DNA from: Candidatus Multivorans sp.
Lineage (GTDB): Bacteria > Acidobacteriota > Thermoanaerobaculia > Multivoradales > Multivoraceae
Reading direction: 5' to 3'
Assembly (NCBI GenBank): GCA_965247095.1
Contig: OZ251997.1
Span: 1,408,001-1,472,000 of the forward strand
DNA length: 64,000 nt
Program-made: the position numbers and the translations under genes
Notes under the pieces: generated by a model
Seen by the model: only the letters and a program-made list of their open reading frames with translations
What the model was told of the DNA's origin: nothing
Databases searched by the model: none
Part shown: one piece after another, positions 58,799-64,000 of the stretch
How positions within the stretch are numbered: position 1 is the first letter of the stretch
Layout of the letters: every line of letters starts with the position of its first letter

Positions 58799-59191
58799 CT
58801 AGCGTCGCCGCCGATGCGAGAGCCGGTGCGCGGTCACCAGGAAGGCGCCGGCGATCGCCAGACCCAGAAGTTCCCGGCTGTGCTCGATGTACATCCGGTC
58901 GGCCGACATCGGTGCCCATAGATCGCTGGTCGGGCGGTTCAGCACCCAGTCGGCAAAGCCCGGCAGCGTGAGCACCGCGCCTGCCAAGGTCACCGCGGCC
59001 AAGCCCAGGAACGCGACCGTGGGCAACGGCCGGTAGGCGGCAACCGTACAGGCGCAGGCAACCGCCGCGTAGTAGCCGACCCAGACCAGGGGGTCCGGGT
59101 CGTTGAGCTGCAGCAGGGCGAAGACCAGCATGAGCAGGCCCATGACCAGCGGCAGGAGCCCGGGGCTCGGGAGACGCCTTGAGGACTGCAT
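58799..59191 (-). CDS. TMEM220-family membrane protein
   Basis: LQLNDPDPLVWVGYY and EHSRELLGL motifs. Confidence 0.8.
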   Translation of the reverse strand: MQSSRRLPSPGLLPLVMGLLMLVFALLQLNDPDPLVWVGYYAAVACACTVAAYRPLPTVAFLGLAAVTLAGAVLTLPGFADWVLNRPTSDLWAPMSADRMYIEHSRELLGLAIAGAFLVTAHRLSHRRRR

Positions 59192-59368
59192 CGCCCCGAG
59201 CCTAGCGCCCCGAAACCCCTCCCAAGCTCGGTGTTTCGGCCCATCCCGTCCTCGCCCAGGAGCTTGCGCAGAGAACTCGCTCCGCTGCGTTCTACGGCGC
59301 AACCTTCTGGGCCCGGCAACGGCTTTCTGCAAGGACGGTTCCGTCCACACGGTTCATCTCGTTCAGTC

Positions 59369-59398
59369 TTGACAAAACAAACCGGATGTTCCAACATC
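59369..59398 (+). promoter_or_regulatory. Promoter with overlapping palindrome upstream of the GbsR-type repressor
   Basis: TTGACA-17 bp-CAACAT; GATGTT-CC-AACATC inverted repeat covers the -10 box. Confidence 0.55.
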
Positions 59399-59406
59399 TC
59401 TGACTC

Positions 59407-59934
59407 ATGACTGTCTCCGAGCCGATTTCCGTTCCGGATCGATCCGCCGAGCCCTCCGCCGCGGCCGACTTCAGCCTCGACGCCGCGGAGGAACGCTTCA
59501 TCGAGGGCATGGGCCTGGCGCTCGAAGAGGACCGTCTACCCCGCATCGCGGGCCGCCTGGTCGGCCTGCTCATCCTGTCGCCGCAGCCACTTCGCTTCGA
59601 CCGCCTGGCCGAGCGCCTGCGCGTGAGCCGCGGCAGCATCAGCACGAACACCCGTCTGCTGGAGAACATGGGCGTCATCGAACGGGTCACTCGCCCGGGC
59701 GACCGCCGCGACTACTTCCAGATCAACGAGCAGCCCGGCCTGCTGCAACGGGTCGCGGACCGCTTCCGCGACCGGCAGGCCATGGCCGAAGAGATGAAGC
59801 AGGCGCTCCTTCCCGGCGGCGGCGGCAGCGTCGTCGTTAACCGCCTGGACGGCTTCGTCCGCTTCTACGCCATCCTCGCCGACAGTCTCCACTCCGTGCT
59901 CGCCGCGATGGAGGACGGCGACGGCAACTCCTGA
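59407..59934 (+). CDS. GbsR/MarR family transcriptional regulator
   Basis: LPRIAGRLVGLL, LAERLRVSRGSISTNTRLL, PGDRRDYF. Confidence 0.88.
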   Translation: MTVSEPISVPDRSAEPSAAADFSLDAAEERFIEGMGLALEEDRLPRIAGRLVGLLILSPQPLRFDRLAERLRVSRGSISTNTRLLENMGVIERVTRPGDRRDYFQINEQPGLLQRVADRFRDRQAMAEEMKQALLPGGGGSVVVNRLDGFVRFYAILADSLHSVLAAMEDGDGNS

Positions 59935-59992
59935 CCTGGAACCGCGCAGACGATCCGAACCGCAGCACAACCAACCAGAGAGAACGACAACC

Positions 59993-61360
59993 ATGGCGAT
60001 AGTCAGACCCGGAGGAGCTGGAACCGGCCCCGTGCCGCCCCGCTCCCGAGCAGCCGCTGGACCGACAGCCAACGCGCCCCGTCAGTCGGGGCACGCCGGC
60101 GGCGCCGAGCGCTTCGACCCCGCCGCGGGCGGCTTTGTCCCGGCCGGCGCCCGCCCCCCCGCAAGGCCCCGGCGCCGCATCAGCGGCCCCTGGATCGCCG
60201 TTGGCGTAGCCGGGACAGTGGTTCTGGCCGCGGCCGCCGTCATCGCACTGGGCCGTTCGCCCGGGGCAGCGGCGCCCGGCGCCGTCGCGCTGGCCCAGGC
60301 GGTGCCGGTGCGCGCCGAGGCCGCCCGCCGGGGACACCTCTCGGTGCGCACCGCCTACTCCGGCGAACTGGTCGGCGAGGTCGCCGACATCTCGCCCCAG
60401 GTCTCGGGTCTGCTGGTCGAAATGTCGACCCGAATCGGTCAGCGGGTAGCGGCCGGCGCCGTGCTCGCCGTGATCGAGGACATCGACCTGAAGAGCCAGT
60501 TCCAGGAGGCCAGCGGTCAGCTTGGCGTCGCCAAGGCGAACCGCGACCGGGCCGCTGCCGAGCTGGTCGGGGTGGCAGCGGACTACCAGCGGGCGATGGA
60601 GCTCTACGAACAGAACCTGCTCTCCGAGCAGGAACAGCAGCAGTTCACGTCCAAGTACGGGACGGCGAAGGCGAACCTGGCCGCCGCCGAAGCCCAGGTC
60701 CGACAGTCAGCGGCGCGCGAGGCGCAGCTCGCGGAGCAGTTCGCCAACACCCGCGTGCGCGCCCCGTTCAACGCCGTGGTCGCCGACCGCTACCTCGACC
60801 GGGGCGCCCTGGTGCAGCCGGGAACCCCGATCCTCCGCCTGGTCGAGGAGGCGCCGCTGATGGTTCAGTTCCGGGTGCCCGAACGCGATCTGGCCTCCGT
60901 TCAGGCCGGCGCGGCCTTCGATGTCTCGACCGAGGCCACCGGTGAGCAGATCTTCTCCGGCACGGTGCGCCGGGTCGCCGGCGAGGTGCGCCGCAACGAT
61001 CGCACTGTACTCGTCGAGGGCGAACTCGTGGGGACCGACGACCTGCTCAGGCCCGGCATGTACGCGAACGTCTCCGTCAGCCTGCGCGACCTCGACGACG
61101 CGCTGATCATTCCCGGCACCGCCCTGCTCGAGCGGGTGGCAATGGATGGCGCCCGCTCGGTCGGCGTCCTGGTGCCGGTCGACGGCTTGGCCGAGTGGCG
61201 GGCCGTCACCGTCGCGGGCCGCTCCGGCGAGTTCAGCGCGGTGAACGGCCGCCTCGAGGCCGGCGACCTTGTGCTGACGGTGGGACACGAGCAGCTCGGC
61301 AACGGCGCTCCGGTACGGGTGGTCAACGCGTACGAGGCGCCGGGCGGCGCAAGCTCCTAG
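59993..61360 (+). CDS. RND efflux periplasmic adaptor (MFP)
   Basis: TM anchor, ISPQVSG lipoyl half, alpha hairpin, VRAPF, LRPGMYA. Confidence 0.9.
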   Translation: MAIVRPGGAGTGPVPPRSRAAAGPTANAPRQSGHAGGAERFDPAAGGFVPAGARPPARPRRRISGPWIAVGVAGTVVLAAAAVIALGRSPGAAAPGAVALAQAVPVRAEAARRGHLSVRTAYSGELVGEVADISPQVSGLLVEMSTRIGQRVAAGAVLAVIEDIDLKSQFQEASGQLGVAKANRDRAAAELVGVAADYQRAMELYEQNLLSEQEQQQFTSKYGTAKANLAAAEAQVRQSAAREAQLAEQFANTRVRAPFNAVVADRYLDRGALVQPGTPILRLVEEAPLMVQFRVPERDLASVQAGAAFDVSTEATGEQIFSGTVRRVAGEVRRNDRTVLVEGELVGTDDLLRPGMYANVSVSLRDLDDALIIPGTALLERVAMDGARSVGVLVPVDGLAEWRAVTVAGRSGEFSAVNGRLEAGDLVLTVGHEQLGNGAPVRVVNAYEAPGGASS

Positions 61361-64000
61361 ATGAACCTCCCCCGTCTCTCGGCCAACCGTCCGGTCGGCG
61401 TCGGCATGCTCTACGTCTGCATCGCCGTGCTGGGCCTTGTCGCCGCTCGCCAACTCGCCGTCGACCTGATGCCCGAGGTCGACATGCCCCGGATCTCGAT
61501 CTCCACCACCTACGAGGGCGTGGCGCCCGAGGAGATGGAGACCCTGGTCACGCGGCCGATCGAGCAGGCCCTCTCGACCGTCACCGGCCTCGACCAACTG
61601 AGCTCCATGTCCGCGGAGGGCATGAGCAGCATTCAGGCCCAGTTCGACTGGGGCATCGACCTGAACGAGGTCGTGAACGACATCCGCGAGCAGCTCGACT
61701 TCGTGCGTGGCAACCTGCCCGAAGACGCCTCCGCGCCGATGCTCTTCAAGTTCAACCTCTCGGACATGCCCGTCGTCTTCCTCGGCCTCTCCGGCGAGGG
61801 CGACGTCCGCCAGCTCCGCCACATGGCCGAGGAGACGATCAGCCGCCGTCTCGAGCGCCTGCCCGGGGTCGCCGCCGTCGACATCCAGGGCGGCCGGGTG
61901 CGGGAGATCCAGGTCCAGCTCGCCGCCGACCGGATGGCCGCGCTCGGCATCACGCCCAGCGAGGTCTCAATGGCCCTGTCACGGGAGAACCGCAACGTCT
62001 CGGCCGGCGACATGCTCGAGACGGGGCGCGAGGTTCTCATCCGTACGATCGGCGAGTTCGAGCGCAAGGTCGACGTCGAGAACACGATCGTCGCGATCCG
62101 CGACGGGCGCCCGATCCTCGTGCGCGACGTCGGGCGGGTCGAAGACGGCATCCGCGAGTTGACGAACGAGCTCTGGATCAACGGCGCGCCCGGCATGCGG
62201 ATGTTCGTGCAGAAGCAGTCCGGCTCGAACACGGTGGAGGTCGTGGATCGACTGAGGAAGGAGATCGACGCGATCAATCGCGACTACGCCGGCCGCGCCG
62301 AGATTTCGATCCTCATGGACAGCGCCGCCTTCATCCGCCAGGCCGTGAACAACGTCCAGATGGGGGCCATGTTCGGCGCCGCGCTGGCGATCCTGGTGCT
62401 CTTCTTCTTCCTCCGCGACATACGGGCGACCCTGATCGTCGGCGCCGCCATCCCGATCTCGGTGCTGGCGACGATCGCTCTGATGTACTTCAACGGCTTC
62501 ACCCTGAACGTCATCTCCCTGGCCGGCATCGCGCTTGGCATCGGCATGCTGGTCGACGGTTCGATCGTGGTGCTCGAGAGCATCTACCGCCGGCTCCACG
62601 AGGGCGAACGGCCCACCGCCGCCGCGATTGCCGGCAGCAACGAGGTGGCGATGGCGATCGCCGCCGGCACTCTGACCACCGTGGCCGTGTTCCTGCCCGT
62701 CGTCTTCATCTCCGGTTTCGCCGGCATCTTCTTCAACCAGTTGGCGATCACGGTCAGCTTCGCGCTGCTTTGCGCGCTGTTCGTCGCCCTCACCCTGATT
62801 CCCGCGGCGGCCGCGAGGTGGCTGCGCAAAGTGCCGGCAAGCCGCCGAACCGACGACGAACGCGTAGCCGCACTCGGCCCGGTCGACCTCGCCTACGGCC
62901 GCATGATCAAGTGGGCCCTCGGCCGGCCCGGCCTGGTCCTGGCCACGGCCGTCGTGCTGCTCTTCGGGTCCTTTACCCTGGTGCCGGTGATCGGGCTCGA
63001 GCTGATGCCCGAAAGCGACGAGGGCCGCCTCAACATGCAGGTCGAGATGCCGGTCGGCTCGCCGCTCGACGTCACCACCTCCACCATGGCTGAGATCGAG
63101 GCAAGGGTCCGCGGCGCCGTGCGACCGGAGGAACTCGACAACCTGCTCACCACCGCCGGCCCCGAGAGCTGGTGGCGGCCGGCCCAGTCGAACCAGGGCA
63201 CGATGGAGATCCTGCTCACCCCGATCACCGAGCGGAGTCGCGGCCAGGACGAGATCGTGGCGTCGATCCGCCGGGCGATCGCCCACGTGCCCGCGGCCGA
63301 CATCGAACTCTACGCCTCGTCCAGCAACATGATGATGCGCATGATGCGCGGCGGTCAGGACGCCCGCCTGGTGGTCGAGATCCGCGGCCACGACCTGGAC
63401 CAGGGCAACGAGCTCGCCCAGCGCGTGGTCGACGCGATGGCGACAGTTCCGGGAGTCGTCCACCCCCGCCTCGACCGCGAGGCCGGCCAGCTCGAACGCA
63501 CGCTGCGGGTCGATCGCGCCCGGCTGGCCCAACTGGGTCTCAACGGCAGCCAAGTCGCCGACGCGGTCGAGCACTACGTCCTCGGGCGCGTGGCGACCCG
63601 GTTCCGGGACCAGGGCGACGAGTTCGACATCCGGGTCCAGCTCCAGCCGGAGGACCGGCTGCGCCTCGAGCAGCTACCGCAACTGCCCATCGTCACCCCG
63701 TACGGCGACGTCGTCCGCCTGGGCTCGATCGTGAGCATCGATCCCGGCGAGGGGCCGCTGTCCATCAACCGTGAGAACCAGCAGCGCATCATGCAGGTCC
63801 TGGCCGGCATCGACGGCCGGCGTTTCAGCGACGTGGCGAACGAGGTCGAGGCCGCGCTGGCGCGGGTCGAGACGCCCTACGGTTTCACCATCGACATGGG
63901 CGGCGAACTCGAGGAGCAACGTCAGGTGTTCCTGGAGCTCCTGATCGGCGTGCTGCTTGCCGTCTTCCTCGTCTACACCGTGATGGCGGTCCAGTTCGAG
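61361..64000 (+). CDS. RND efflux permease (AcrB/MdtC-like), runs off the window
   Basis: ATG 61361: MNLPRLSANRPV..DLMP..P, GMLVDGSIVVLE, GTLTTVAVFLP, VALTLIP, PESDEG, YTVMAVQFE. Confidence 0.92.
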   Translation, partial: MNLPRLSANRPVGVGMLYVCIAVLGLVAARQLAVDLMPEVDMPRISISTTYEGVAPEEMETLVTRPIEQALSTVTGLDQLSSMSAEGMSSIQAQFDWGIDLNEVVNDIREQLDFVRGNLPEDASAPMLFKFNLSDMPVVFLGLSGEGDVRQLRHMAEETISRRLERLPGVAAVDIQGGRVREIQVQLAADRMAALGITPSEVSMALSRENRNVSAGDMLETGREVLIRTIGEFERKVDVENTIVAIRDGRPILVRDVGRVEDGIRELTNELWINGAPGMRMFVQKQSGSNTVEVVDRLRKEIDAINRDYAGRAEISILMDSAAFIRQAVNNVQMGAMFGAALAILVLFFFLRDIRATLIVGAAIPISVLATIALMYFNGFTLNVISLAGIALGIGMLVDGSIVVLESIYRRLHEGERPTAAAIAGSNEVAMAIAAGTLTTVAVFLPVVFISGFAGIFFNQLAITVSFALLCALFVALTLIPAAAARWLRKVPASRRTDDERVAALGPVDLAYGRMIKWALGRPGLVLATAVVLLFGSFTLVPVIGLELMPESDEGRLNMQVEMPVGSPLDVTTSTMAEIEARVRGAVRPEELDNLLTTAGPESWWRPAQSNQGTMEILLTPITERSRGQDEIVASIRRAIAHVPAADIELYASSSNMMMRMMRGGQDARLVVEIRGHDLDQGNELAQRVVDAMATVPGVVHPRLDREAGQLERTLRVDRARLAQLGLNGSQVADAVEHYVLGRVATRFRDQGDEFDIRVQLQPEDRLRLEQLPQLPIVTPYGDVVRLGSIVSIDPGEGPLSINRENQQRIMQVLAGIDGRRFSDVANEVEAALARVETPYGFTIDMGGELEEQRQVFLELLIGVLLAVFLVYTVMAVQFE

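Overview
High-GC (roughly 68-70% by eye) bacterial window. Gene content (DUF1501/PSD1 pair, TMTC-TPR paralogues, GH109, ACIII subunits, many decaying genes) suggests an Acidobacteriota-like, possibly host-associated genome; this is inference only. Left to right: (1) a decayed cytochrome c-PhoD fusion; (2) a ~14 kb restriction-like defence locus (Xre-HTH/SNF2 helicase/PD-(D/E)xK nuclease, DUF1156 adenine methylase, DUF499 ATPase) interleaved with an aspartic protease, a DRB0094/Rnl2-type RNA ligase, HicAB, a truncated AAA ATPase and an amidohydrolase; (3) amtB broken by an in-frame TAG; (4) a Dpm1-like GT2-GtrA gene plus two tandem TMTC-like GT-C/TPR genes made by a visible duplication; (5) a DUF1501 + planctomycete cytochrome c pair; (6) a degenerate P-loop/wHTH gene with twin operators and a decayed partner; (7) LLM oxidoreductase, methyltransferase, GT4, GH109, Uma2; (8) an A1 cytochrome c oxidase operon beside only the membrane subunits (ActC/D/F) of alternative complex III, with two amicyanin-motif cupredoxin-like proteins and no c-type cytochrome; (9) AbiEi/AbiEii, HAD, M23, TcuA, pyrR-pyrB-pyrC, smc, a heme-c/Cu monooxygenase and a GbsR-RND efflux operon. 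A dispersed REP-like palindrome family (including copies inside a coding sequence), a MITE-like inverted repeat and many -10-box/start-codon (leaderless-type) junctions are visible. No tRNA, rRNA, CRISPR array, integrase or transposase was seen. All family assignments are motif recognition by eye, not database searches.
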